Source: Folioceros fuciformis (taxonomy: Eukaryota). Taken from it: a stretch of DNA of 36,832 bases. Positions 1-12,078 of the stretch are shown one piece after another. The DNA lies in NCBI GenBank assembly GCA_049999805.1, contig JBNGIO010006082.1, positions 1 to 36,832 of the forward strand. Direction: 5' to 3'. The first letter of the stretch is position 1, and each line of letters begins with the position of its first letter. The position numbers and the translations under genes are program-made. Under the pieces are notes generated by a model. That model had not been told where the DNA came from, did not search any database, and saw only the letters and a list, made by a program, of their open reading frames with translations.

Positions 1-1246
1 AGGCGGAGCTGGTTGAGGCGGTGAAGAAAGGGGGGACCGTGGTGGTTCACTTCTGGGCCTCGTGGTGCGAGGCGTCCAAGCATTTGGATGTCGTGTTCGC
101 GCAGCTCTCTACCGACACGCCGCATGCTACGTTTTTCCGGGTGTGTGGGAGGGGGCGGTGTTGTTGTGCTGTTTGGTGTGGTGACTCGGGTTGGATTTGG
201 TGCGTTGGGAAGCTGATTTGGACTGCGTGTTGGAGATTGGTGCAGGTAGAGGCGGAGGAGCAGGCCGAGATCTCGGAGGAGTATCAAGTGGCTGCGGTTC
301 CGTTCTTCTTGTTTTTCGAGGTGCTCGTTGCGGCTGTGAGGGGAGGGTGAATTGCGGGTGTGGAGGGTGTATGCCGTTGTCGTGCGGTGTGAAGTCCGGG
401 TCGGTAGGGTTTGGTTGGATGGTTTTGCTTGCCGTTGATTTTGCCCGTGGTTTGAATCAGGGCGGAGTGGTGAGGGAGAGGCTTGAGGGAGCTAATCCGT
501 CGGCATTGGCAAACGCGGTAGCGAAGCTGGCGGGTCCTCCATCCAGCGTGGAGGCGAGCCAGGGGCTGGCTGCGGGTGCAGCGGTCCTGGAGGCCGTGGA
601 AGATGCGGCAAAGACGAACGGGCACGGCGGCTCCGACTCCTTGGATGAGCGGTTGAAGAAGTTGATTCACTCGCATCGGGTGATGCTGTTCATGAAGGGG
701 ACCCCGGAAGAGCCTCGATGTGGTTTCAGCAAGAAGGTGGTGAACGCGTTGAAGGGGGTGGAGGTGGAGTTTGGGAGCTTCGACATTCTGAGCGACCGGG
801 AGGTGCGGGATGGATTGAAGGTGTTCTCTAACTGGCCTACTTACCCCCAGCTCTACCTGAATGGTGAGCTGCTGGGGGGTTGTGACATTATTCTCGAGAT
901 GCAGCAAAATGGGGAACTCAAGGAGACCCTGGCCCCCAAGGAGGAGACCATTCAGGATCGCCTCAAGGGGCTCATCCATTCCCACAAAACCTTCCTTTTC
1001 ATGAAGGGTACTCCCGAGGAGCCCAAGTGCGGCTTCAGCAAGAAGGTAGTAAACACTTTGAAGGACACGGGAATTGCGTTCGGGAGCTTCGATATTCTGA
1101 CCGACCGCCAGGTGAGAGACGAGCTCAAGATTTACTCCAACTGGCCCACGTACCCCCAGTTGTACCATAACGGGGAGTTGCTTGGTGGATGTGACATTGT
1201 GCTTGAGATGAAGAAGAATGGAGAGCTGGAGGAGTTGAAAGCATAA
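1..1246 (+). CDS. GRXS17: Monothiol glutaredoxin with N-terminal thioredoxin-like domain (GRXS17/PICOT type), 5'-truncated; exons <1-140, 246-320, 461-1246
   Basis: Trx-like motif [15 protein letters not shown] introns 141-245 and 321-460 restore the frame; two CGFS Grx domains ([16 protein letters not shown]...[10 protein letters not shown]...GGCDI); stop TAA at 1244-1246. Confidence 0.93.
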
Positions 1247-2117
1247 CAAAGTTTTCACCGTCGTGCTACCAAAAGATTCTCGCTGTATTAGTACTTGCCT
1301 GTAAGGCCTACAGCGCAATTGTACAAGTTTGTTTGCCTCTCCTTGGAAAGCCTCCTAATTTTGTGTCCTAAGACAGTGACCCAAAGACGGAGAATGTGTG
1401 AAAAGACAACCATAATTTCCTGGTGTAAGGCCCTCCAAGAAACAATAGGCTGTAGGGCATCCACAGCAAAGCCGACTGTCAGGATAGAGCAACCCCGAAA
1501 AGAGCACACCAGCAATAGTAGGCGGCACCTACGTCACTACGGCACGATCCCGAGACCTCCTAAATCTCGTTCCCAATTCAAGTCACGCAATCCGGACTTC
1601 CAGATGTAATAGCTCCACAGCAACTGTCATCCACCTCTGAAACTGCATGAGGCGCCACTGCTACTAACACCACGGCTGACCATGCTGCCGACCTTATTTA
1701 AAGCCACATCTCGAATTCTGAATGAAGGGGGCTATCCCGAGGCAACGGGGGACAGGAGACATCCGCCGAACCCGTGCAGCTAGACGCTACATGCTATGAG
1801 CTGGATTTGTGCACACGAGAGTGCAACTTGAAGGCCGGCCGGGACACAAGGACTGGTCCTCCTGCGTTGATAGACTCATGCTTCCTGCGTGAGAGTTACT
1901 CCCCCTCTAAGTTGTGAGGACCGTCACACATTGTTCAGTGTGACCTTCCGCATGCCTGACAGCCCAGATCCATGCCACTCCGTCCGTGTCCAGAGGTAAT
2001 CGACTGTGAATCACTGTGCTACGGTCCACACAACTTCGACCGGACGCTCACTACAATGCCTCCCCGACACCCCAGATGACACACACATAGGAAGAAGAAG
2101 CTCACCAGGCTGTGCAT

Positions 2118-2654
2118 TTAATCATCCCCGTATGCACGATACCGGTACCGCTCCTCGTACGCTCCATCAAACGCCAAGTCGGCTGCAAACCACTTCGGGA
2201 AGCGCACGAAATCCCCCGCATAGAACCAGGCAACTCCCTCGCCTTGATCCGGCACCACCTTCACCGCTCCTTTCACGACGTAAACCTCCTGATCCACTCG
2301 CCACTCCCTGGAGTAGGCACAACTGCCAGTCTCCCACTTGGACCACCGCCACACCCCGAGCTCCTTCGCGCGCTTTGGCGTGATGTTCTTCTCCACTCGA
2401 ATGTTGTACCGCTCCTCCACAGACTTGAGCGGCCTCCAGCTGGGACGAGGCTGCGGCTCATCGTCCTCATCCCTGATCCTGTAAGCCCTTGGCGCCACCA
2501 CCAAACTTCCACCTGATGCCTTTCGTATCGAGGATTTCCGCATCAGCTCGGTCTTTGCCACACTACAGCATCCCCAACACGCGAGCCCTGGCATCCGCGT
2601 TTGGCCTGGAGCGACAATCGCTCCAGACTGCGCCGAAGGAACCGCCATCGCCAT
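2118..2654 (-). CDS. PTAC18: RmlC-like cupin (DUF861/Cupin_3), pTAC18-like plastid protein, single exon, 178 aa
   Basis: ATG at 2654 (MAMAV), transit-peptide-like N-terminus, then EERYNIRVEK...ELGVWRWSKWETG...VDQEVYV.KG.VKVVP...F.AGD.VRFPKW..ADL.F...Y.ERY...AYGDD, matching the plant pTAC18 family as I recall it. Confidence 0.8.
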   Translation of the reverse strand: MAMAVPSAQSGAIVAPGQTRMPGLACWGCCSVAKTELMRKSSIRKASGGSLVVAPRAYRIRDEDDEPQPRPSWRPLKSVEERYNIRVEKNITPKRAKELGVWRWSKWETGSCAYSREWRVDQEVYVVKGAVKVVPDQGEGVAWFYAGDFVRFPKWFAADLAFDGAYEERYRYRAYGDD

Positions 2655-2969
2655 TGTCAAATCTACGCGAAACTTTCCTGAAATCGAAACAGGAACACTT
2701 ATAAGCCCTAACGTGCCACCCTTGTCGTTGCCTGGACGAACGAGAACTACCTCCCGTCTATATGCAAACAACGATAGCCGTTTTTCGGATTCCTGCAGAT
2801 GGACGACGCTCACGAGGCACTTGAGGAACACGAGTGAACAGCACTAAGCTGCAAAATTCTTTCTTCTTCCTGTAGCAAATCAATCGGCAACTAGAGAAGG
2901 TGTCCTTTGGAGAACACAACTAGGAAGTTGATACAAACTCGTTCCTTCCTCTAGAATCTCCTTCAGCAA

Positions 2970-5550
2970 CTAGGAAGGAGCCCTGAAGTTCTTGCCGTCA
3001 AGGGTTTGTTCGAATATGTGGCCCACCCGGAGTAAGGATTCCTGAGGGGCAATCAAGATCTCTGTAAGGGGCAAGAAGAATCTAGGCAGGGTAAGGAGGA
3101 GGGGATCTTAGGGAAGAGTTGCACCTCATCAAACGCGTTGCCGATCAGCTGCAGGCCTACGGGAAGGCCTCTACTTCCTCCTTCAGCGAATCCACATGGA
3201 ACGACTAGTGCTGGCAGACCAGCCAAGTTTACGTTCACCTACAGAGGTCGTAGCATGGAAAGTGAGAAATTGGGGACATAGAGGAAGGGTCTGGAAATTC
3301 GCTTCAAGCTGTGCTCACCGTCATGAGGTCACCAACGTACATGGCTAGTGGGTCATCTACTTTCTCACCTGCAATACCAGCAGAAGCAGCAGCAACAGAG
3401 GCCTCAGTCAGACTGTTCTGGGCCCTACACCCGAAAAACCTAACAAGCAGAGATGCCCCTTCAGTTCCCAGGTGTACTCACCAATGCGGTAAGCCGCTGT
3501 TGGTGCAACAGGCGATATGAGAACGTCGGTCTGTGCCAGAGCCTTCTTGAAGTCCTCCTGTATCAAAGTTCTGACCTGGAACAAAGGAAAGCTCAGTCTG
3601 ATGGACAAGTTGAAGAGCTGTGTAGTAGGAACGAGTTGGGGAGGATACGGAGTCGTACTTGTTGAGCACGTTTGTAAAACGCATCATAGTACCCGGCTGA
3701 AAGAGCATATGTTCCCATCAAGATCCGCCTCTTGACCTGCAAGTCGAACGTGCACAATCACCTTCAATCAAGGCTATCTCAAGAAGCCAGCTCAAGTACT
3801 CAAGCCATCCAGAAGCAAAATCAAGTCTGCTTCGTGAAGAAAGGAGGAGTACTGCTCACCTCATCCCCAAATCCTTCGGCTCGGGAGTTACCATACATGG
3901 ACATAAGCTCCTCTGCCTCAGCTCGAGGACCATACCTGAAAGGACGTTGAAACACGTAATGACTGGAGCTCAGAGAAGTAATACGGTGCTGGAGAAGGGG
4001 ACGACTAAGAGAGTATATTAACCGTGATCCCAGACCTCACACCGTCATAACGAGCCAGGTTTGAAGAAGCCTCTGCAGGGGCGAGGACATAGTACGCGGG
4101 CAACCCGAGCTCAAACCTTGGTAAGGAAATCTGAAGCAAAGTAGCTCCAGACGTAAGCACAAGTCAAGCAGAAGGAAAGGCCATTGGGAACGATGAATGC
4201 AGAGTAGCATTGCGGCCGATGGTCAGAGGGTGCGGCAGTAACCTCGCTGACAACTGCTCCTAACCCCTCCAAATGGGCAGCAGCAGCTTTGATGGCAGAA
4301 GTGACACCAGCGTCGACTCCTTCACCGACAGTTTCCTTAATCAGACCAACTCTGACCCCATTCAACGGCTTACTTGCAAAGGTATCCACCGAATGCAGAC
4401 TTGATGAATAGTCCAACACTTTCTGCAAGATCCTTGTGTAACACACGACAGTGTAAACACCACAGTCTCGGGAGAACCTTCTAGTCATGCATGTGAGGAA
4501 GGCTGCTACCATCATCAAGGAAGGGTGGTGGAATGCCCAAAGCTTACCTCTGGACTGCTGGTAGAGTCCGACCTGTCTTGCCCAGAAATGGCTTCGAGCA
4601 GCAAGGCGGAGTCGAGGACTGAAGATCCAAGGCAGCCCACCACATCCAAAGACGACGCATATGCCATGAGCCCGAACCGTGACACTCGACCATACGTTGG
4701 CTTCAGGCCTACCACACCACAAAACGAAGCAGGCTGCCTGATACTACCCCCAGTGTCACTTCCCAAAGCACCCGCAACTTGTTGGGCTGCAACAGCTGCA
4801 GCAGAGCCTCCCGAGGAACCTCCAGGCACTCGAGACAAGTCCCAAGGATTTGATGTCACCTACAGACATCCCCGAGGATGGCAAACCCACAGACAGCACT
4901 GTCAAAATGCATAATATTACAGACCCGTACCTGACCTGAATTCTGATCCTGTGCCATGCTGCAAATCCCACCTTGAATGCAGAACCCTCAGTTGAGCTCC
5001 CCATTCCGAACTCATCCATGTTGGTTTTGCCCACAATGACAGCTCCTGCTTCCTTAAGCTTCCGCACTGCTGTGGCATCAAACGGAGGCCGGTAGCCCCG
5101 CAGAATTCTAGACCCCCCAGTTGAGGGCATGTCCAGAGTGCACAAATTATCCTTCACTCCCAAAGGCACTCCCGCCAGAGGCCCCACTTCCTCATTGCTG
5201 GAGATCCTTCTATCCACCTCCTCTGCCTGCTTCAAAGCTGCCTCCTCCGCCACGTACAGAAAGCTCTTCACCTGAGGCTCCCTTTCGTGCAGGCGGGTCA
5301 GATACTCCCTGGCAATTTCCACGGCACTCCTCTCCCGGGACAACAGCTCTTCTCGGATTCTCCGAATCTGAGATGGAGCTGGTTTCACAGTCTCCGGAGC
5401 CTCGCTCGCCCCGGCGGCTGGGACAATGCTGCTCTTGCTCAGGCATCGCGTAGGCTGGCTCCTAGCAAATCCACCTCCCCATCTCTTGCACAGAGAAGCC
5501 TGCTTCATCTGCAGATGAGCATTTACTCGGACTCGGATACCAAAATCCAT
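2970..5550 (-). CDS. GATA: Glutamyl-tRNA(Gln) amidotransferase subunit A, organellar; 10 exons (5550-4972, 4859-4548, 4422-4243, 4130-4036, 3935-3860, 3736-3659, 3575-3482, 3368-3319, 3238-3125, 3041-2970), ~549 aa
   Basis: Amidase signature [50 protein letters not shown]; GatA motifs [54 protein letters not shown]; all introns GT-AG; exons sum to 1650 nt. Confidence 0.96.
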
Positions 5551-5839
5551 ACTCTTCCACAAGCGCTGTGTGTGCAATGCAGTTTCCTAATTGCTGATTG
5601 ATATCCTCCAAGAGAAGGGAGGTTTTTGCAGCAACAGAATGCTGATCACTCGTCAAATTCCTCGTGCACATACTTCCTCCATTTCCAGAAATCCGAAAAG
5701 TGACTGTCGTCGTTTGCACAGACTTGAGGTTGTTCGAGTTCGTCTTCGCATCGACGAGCCGTTAGCTCAGGGTGAATGCTTGTTAGGGTTTGCATCTGGT
5801 TCTGCTCCAATCGCAGGAAAGCTGTGAGGGGATTCGTAC

Positions 5840-6346
5840 ATGGAGAAGCCGGTTGCTGCGGCGAAGTCCGGACCAATCTTTGGTCAAGTTCAGATGCTGC
5901 GGCCAGGGCTCCCGCCATGGCGATGCTGTAATGTGGCACGGACCGAGCCCGTGCGGAAAACCTCGACCGGGAAGGCAAGAGAGGGATGTTTGGAGTAGGC
6001 GCCAAGAGCTTACAGGCTCAGCGATGAAGACAATGAGCCGAAGCGTCATCCCAGCAGCTGGGGGCCGCTCAAGTCCGTGGAGGAGCGGCATATCATTCGA
6101 GTGGAGACGAACATCCCGCCAGAGCGCGCGGAGCAGCTCGGGGTGTGGCGGTGGTCGAAGTAAAAGAGACTGGCAGGTGTTTGCCTGCTCCAGGGGGTGG
6201 ATCAGGAGGTTTAAATTCTGAGAGGTCTGGAGACGGTGGTGCCGGGCCAAAGGCGACGGAGTTGCCTGTTTCTAAGCGCTTCCCGAAGTGGTTTTCAGCC
6301 GACTTATCGTTTGAAGGGGTACCGGTATCGTGCGTACGGGGATGAC
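5840..6346 (+). pseudogene. Degenerate inverted duplicate of the pTAC18-like cupin gene
   Basis: Collinear with 2654-2118 from ATG 5840 (MEKPVAAAKSG vs MAMAVPSAQSG) to ...RAYGDD; premature TAG 5996-5998, TAA 6161-6163 replacing Trp, and frameshifts/deletions in the cupin domain. Confidence 0.9.
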
Positions 6347-8716
6347 TCCAGCTGTGTTGTAGCACTCTATATTATAGCTATTTTGTACATTGTTGACATC
6401 TCTGGAGAGAGGCTCCCCATTAGGTGTTGTGGCTTATCCACGTGATGGAGCACGCATCCTCTCCCTCCGGCGTCACAGCGTCTAGCATCTGGCTGCACAG
6501 GTTGGGAGAATCTTTCTCCTTTCCCTCACTGCCTCAGGCATAGTCCCCTTCCCTAAGGATTCGAGATTTGGCCTGACATGAAGTTGGCTGCTTGGGTAGC
6601 TTTTTTTTCTTGGTAGGAACAGCGCCCTCTGGAGCAGCAGAGGTTGGCGACAATGGCTGTGAACGCATCACGCCTGTTGTTTCTTGAATTTTATTGCAGC
6701 GGGTCTTGGAAGTCTTTGGGATTGTGCAACAATTACGTAGCTCACGTCTACGATTGCTGGTGTGTTCCATTATTGAGACGCTCATCGCATATTGAAGTTT
6801 GGAAGGTTCTACAGTTGCCATGCAGGGTTGTGTGGTGTATGCGACTTCGTGCGCTATTATCGTACGCACCAGTATACGCTTCATCAACTGCTCTGCCTCA
6901 GCAAAGGGCTTCGCTTCGAGGGCTTCGTCTCTGACCACCTGCATTTGGAAACATTGGTGAGTCTGAAGGAAACTTCTGTAGAAGATTCTACATCCTGAGT
7001 TGTGCGTGCGCAACCCTCCTCTCCTATTTCCACCGTCTTCATCAAAAGCAAGTTACAGGTTGGTTTTTAGTTCTTCTTCTACCTGCACTTCGCGGCGTTT
7101 GGGTGAGTGAAGCCGGGCATGGCACCTCTGTTAAACATCAGAACTTGAGTCAGGAGCTGAACGCATGCACACAGGTCAGGCCCTCTCTCACACACGACGT
7201 TCAGACTGTTTCTCAGGGCATTGCTTCAGCTTCAGGTTCCGACGGATCCTTACAGGCCGGTTGAGGCAGCGGTCCAGCTTCAATATTATAAGTGCTGCAG
7301 GTTGTCTTGCAGATTCCTACATCCAGGAAGGGAATATTCGCGTTACAATAGTTGACCAGAAGTGGACCACCGTCTTGGACACGGGAAACTACTGGAAACA
7401 GAAAAACCCCAACCAGAACTCCTTGGGTTTACCCCTCGACCTGGACCAGAGAAGGCTCTGGGCTCTGCCTGTGTGCGCTACCTCTTGGGCAGGCCAAAAC
7501 CTGGAGTGGACATGTACGGGCATGGATTTTGGCCAAGAATCCGAGCCCTATTTCAGTGAACAACTCACCGTCTTGGCAGACGCAGTCTTGGGTTCAGATT
7601 CAGCCTCTGTGTATTCCTTAGTCGATGACAACGTCATTAACGCCAAAAGGACTGAGCGACTCTTTCAGTTGTTGTTTCTCCTTGTCCATGGGTGATCGTT
7701 TCCCCAGGTTGATCTTCCTACCCGCGGTTTCAGTGAAGCATCCCCTAGGTTGGATGTTACAAAAAAAATACAAAATATGGTATGGAAAATGATTGAAAAA
7801 AAAAGATTCTTCCAGGTTTTACAGAGCGGGAGCTCGGTACACCGCAGATGTCCGTGGGAAGGGGCATGATCCCTGGGAACAACTTGGTGGGTGAAACTGG
7901 ACGGTTACTGGACCACTCAGGCCGAGACGCGTCTCCTTCGCTGTATCACGTTCTCAAGAAAAAACAGTACATACTTCTCTGTGGACCAACCTGCACCCCA
8001 AGGACACTTGCTCCTTTGTCTCCCTTCGCTTTCTCCTTTCTGCTGCCTATGTCTCTGCTCTGCGAATCTGCAGGCGGTTCTGTGTGCAGCTGTTTGTATG
8101 TTAAGTGGCAGGGGCAACTGATAAGCAACTGGCGGGCATTGTCGGCAACTGGCCGGCGCTTGTACAGTGTCCGGGACGGGAGCAATCATACTGTGGGCTA
8201 CGACAGCTGGGTTGGGAGACACAGCAGATGTAGCCTGCTCCTGTGAGCACAAACGAATCGGGACTCGTGTGAGACGTTTTCGCGACTCGTGTGAGGGCAC
8301 CCTGTCGCGCCGGTAAGGTCGGCAGGTAAACGGGATTCCCTCCGTCGCCCTCGTGCCAGCCAGCCCGGCCAATCCAAAATGTGCAGCTGCTGCCTGCTAC
8401 CGCTGCCGCCGCAGATGCGACTGCTCCTGCTGCTGCCGCCTCAAGGACGTGGCTGGCGCGTGCGACACGAGTTGTATCGTCCTGCAGCTTGACACATCCA
8501 GCTGCTTAGCCGCTGAAGGAATCCGACAGTCCAAGCTGTTTGAGCTGCGGCTCATGCGGATTTTTTCTGTGTCGAATTCTGGGACGCGGTTGAAGAGATG
8601 GAATATGTGTTGATGCTCTGCTTTGCCAGTTTCCGAGGCATGGAAAACTGCGGCAGCCATTGCTGTGGACTCGCGGTCCGATAACACTTGTGGAGTGGAA
8701 AGCTACGTCTTTCAGG

Positions 8717-11700
8717 ATGCGGAGTGTGGATTTTGGATGGAGACCGGAGCTGCGGAGCGCCTCGTGTCTGCTTCCGCGTCCTTGTTCCAACAGAATCTCT
8801 TCCAGGCCTGTTGCGGTGAAGGTTGCTGGCTGCAGACTTTCAGCGCGGAGTCGTTCCAGAGAATTCATGATTCTAAGGCACGGTTGCGGTGCTCGGCAGC
8901 CTGAGCTCCCACGGAGTGCCCTGGTGAAGGCGGCTTTGGTGAGCGACAATTCATCGTCCCTTTCGGACACAATGCCTCCTCCGGTGCCCGGGAGCCCTGC
9001 CGATGGAGTGCATTTCGGCACTCTTGAGCAGCAGCCTGAGGCTGATGCGCGGGCCAGTCAAGTTGGAAAGCGCAAGCGGAGGAGCGTGCTGGACTACATG
9101 GAGAGCTGTCCAGATCTAATTAAATCCGATAGCGGTCCTCCCAGATGGTTCACACCGTTGGAATGTGGCCCTCCGCCGGTGAATGCGCCGATTTTGCTGT
9201 TCCTCCCCGGTACAGTTGCAGTTGATCTTAAAATCTGGATTCTCTAGGGTTTTTGCATTCACCTTGCATCAGACGTTTGTCTACAAGTGACAGTGGTAGA
9301 GTCTGTTTTATGCAGGCATGGATGGTACAGGCTGGGGGTTGGTTGTGCAGCATCAGACATTAGGACGGTTGATTCTTTAAACTTGCCTTGACATGCTTCT
9401 AGAGCCACAGATTCCTTAAGGGGAAGAGAACTGATGAGGGACAGCACGTTGGTTGTCAGGTTATTTGAGGTGAGATGCCTGCACATTCCAGTCATGGACA
9501 GGACGCCATTCCAAGGTAAGCATTTCTCACTGGTTTCTGGGTACAGCCAGGACACGGGGACACAGGTTTTGAAGCGTGATAGGCGTATGCAGGTTTGGTG
9601 AGGTTTGTGGAAGATAGTGTAAGGTCCGAAAGCAAAAGGAGCTCGCAACCAATATACATCGTGGGAGATTCTTTGGGAGGCTCGCTTGCTCTCTCAGTAG
9701 CTGCCAGAAATCCGGCACTGGACTTGGTGCTTATTCTTTCAAACCCGGGTTAGTGCCTTTGTCAGCCTATCATGCGTTCAGCTGCTATGCTTGTTGGTGC
9801 AGTCACTGACTATTAAGTTGCTGCATTGTTATGCTGTTCTTAAACAGCAACATCTTTCGAGCGATCACAGCTGCAACTTTATCTGCCTTTGTTGGGGGTT
9901 ATTCCTACTGAGGCTGCTTCAGCTCTACCATTTCTATTCAGCTTCGTTTTAGGTGGGCAGCTTGTGCAATGTCCGCTTTTGCAGCAGATTTGGTTTGTGC
10001 CAACAGTATGCACGTCAGTAACGTGCGTACCCGGCACGCCTTGCAGGTGATCCACTCCGAATGGCCGCCGCGAGGGTAGATAAAAAGGTCGCTCCTCTGG
10101 ATTATGCCCAGCAGCTGTCAGCCACCCTTCTCACACTGCTGCCCACTTTGCCTGTATGTCCTTCAGACATCCCTCGCATCTTCTTCTCTCCTCTTGTTCT
10201 GTGGCAAACTTATAAGTTGTTCCTTTGCAGACGCTTGGCAAGGTGTTACCAAGAGAAACACTACTGTGGAAGCTGGATTTGCTCCGCCGGGCTTGTCAAT
10301 ATGCCAATTCTCGTCTGCACTCCATTACTGCTCAAGTTCTTGTGCTGGCCAGGTATAACGTTCTTCGTCAAAAACCGAAGAACAGTATGAAAAGTTTTTA
10401 CCTTCATTGACTGCGCAAAACCTGTCTCTAATAGTGGTCATTGCAGTGGGAAAGATCAGATGTTGCCGAGTGTGGAGGAGGCGAAAAGGCTGGAAAGTAC
10501 CATCCCCGCTTGTGCGTCGCGTACCTTCCCTGACAGCGGTCACACTCTCCTCCTGGTGAGCACGAGGGCGGCACGGTTTTCCAAATTTGTGACCCCCTTA
10601 TGGCCTTCAAGGTTTTACGTGAACTCAAAATCAGACATCTTGCAGGAGGATGGCATCGATCTGGCAACTATTATAAAATCGACATCTTTGTATCGTTTCT
10701 CAAAAAATAGAACGGACTATGTCAGTAATTTTGCCCTTCCCACGCAGGAGGAACTCGAAGCCGAGTACGAGGGAACCCGGTACGCTCTCCTCCTTTGTAA
10801 TGTCATTTTGGTCGTAAGTTGGAGGGTAGCAGTTCATCTTCCTAACGTTGAATTTATGGTTCGACAGTATGTTGCGACGGTTATTTAGTCCAGTATTTTT
10901 CTCTACAACAGAGAGCGGCCAACTTGTTAAAGGTCTGCCGAACCTTCCTGAGGAGGAGGTGATTATCTACGTTGGCAATCACTCGTTTATGGGCTTGGAT
11001 ATAGCTCTGTTTGTGGGAGAGTTTATTGTGCAGCGAGGCCAAGTTATCCGAGGACTGGCCCATCCGGCACTCTTCAATGAATTTGGGTCCAAGGATGAAA
11101 GTGTACCATCCTGGGGCCAAATACGCCTGTTCGGAGCTGCCCCTGTGTCTCCCCAGAACATGTACAGGCTCCTGAAAAATGGATCGTCGATCTTGCTTTA
11201 CCCAGGGGGCGCTAGAGAGGCTACTCATCGAAAGGTGCTCTCTTTTCCATCTTATCCAGATGTTATAAACGCTGGCGTAGATGAGTTTTCTCTCAAAATT
11301 GTCGTCGTTGCTGCAGGGTGAATTTCATAAATTGTTCTGGCCAGAGCAAGCAGAGTTCGTCCGCATGGCTGCGAAATTTGGTGCAACCATCATTCCATTC
11401 GGGGTTGTAGGCGGGGATGATATAGTGGAGGTAATAATCAGCGTGAATACCTGCCTCTTGCGTTTCGTCCCTGGCAGGAGTTTTGACCATGTGACGAACG
11501 TCTATTGCCAGTTGTTGATGGATTTGGATGACTTGAGGAACATCCCTTTCATGAGATCGAGAATTGAAAACTTCCAAATGGAGATTCCTGAAGCACGGTG
11601 AGAGTGATTTGTCAAACGTTTCTTTGCATTGGTGTTCATTCGGAATCCTGTGATGTGGGAAGGTAGAGAAGCACCCTCTGATGTATGTATTCACGCAGGT

Positions 11701-12078
11701 CGAACGCCACTGGAACCTTAGCTGATCAGCCACTACATTTGCCAATTTTCGCCCCAAAGCCACCGGGCAGGCTCTACACCTTGTTTGGAAAACCGATCCG
11801 GACGAAAGGTAGAACATCTGCACTCAACTCGCTTCCGTCCAGCAATTCTTACGTCAAAGTGGTCAGAAAATGCAATTTTTTGGTCGCATGCAGGCATGCC
11901 TGACCTCTTAACAGACCGAAGGAAGGCCAATGACCTGTACCTACACACAAGAGACCAAGTCGAATCTTCTATTGCTTGGTTATTGGAGAAGCGAAAGCAG
12001 GATCCGTACAGGCAATTCGTCCCACGGTTTCTATACGAAACTACGCGGGGCCAAAAGGCCCCCAGCTTCGAACCATGA
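8717..12078 (+). CDS. PES1: Phytyl ester synthase-like esterase/lipase/thioesterase-acyltransferase (alpha/beta hydrolase + DAGAT domain); 14 exons (8717-9209, 9316-9367, 9460-9515, 9593-9748, 9848-9952, 10047-10153, 10231-10352, 10447-10555, 10646-10779, 10868-11234, 11317-11430, 11512-11597, 11699-11808, 11894-12078), ~731 aa
   Basis: DSGPPRWFTPLECG, LLFLPGMDGTG, lipase motif GDSLG, SGHTLLLEDG, acyltransferase motif VGNHSFMGLD, LLYPGGAREATHRKGE, PGRLYTLFGKPI; exons sum to 2196 nt in frame. Start codon is less certain and orthology within the PES family is unresolved. Confidence 0.9.

Noticed and set aside
284..1318. 344-aa minus-strand ORF
   Set aside because: Antisense shadow of the GC-rich GRXS17 exon
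2655..2831. N-terminal extension of the cupin ORF in the ORF track
   Set aside because: Begins at a non-ATG codon, and homology with the pseudogene copy starts at the ATG at 2654
2118..12078. Functional cluster of plastid-targeted genes (pTAC18, GatA, PES)
   Set aside because: Unrelated pathways; plastid-targeted genes are common enough to neighbour by chance
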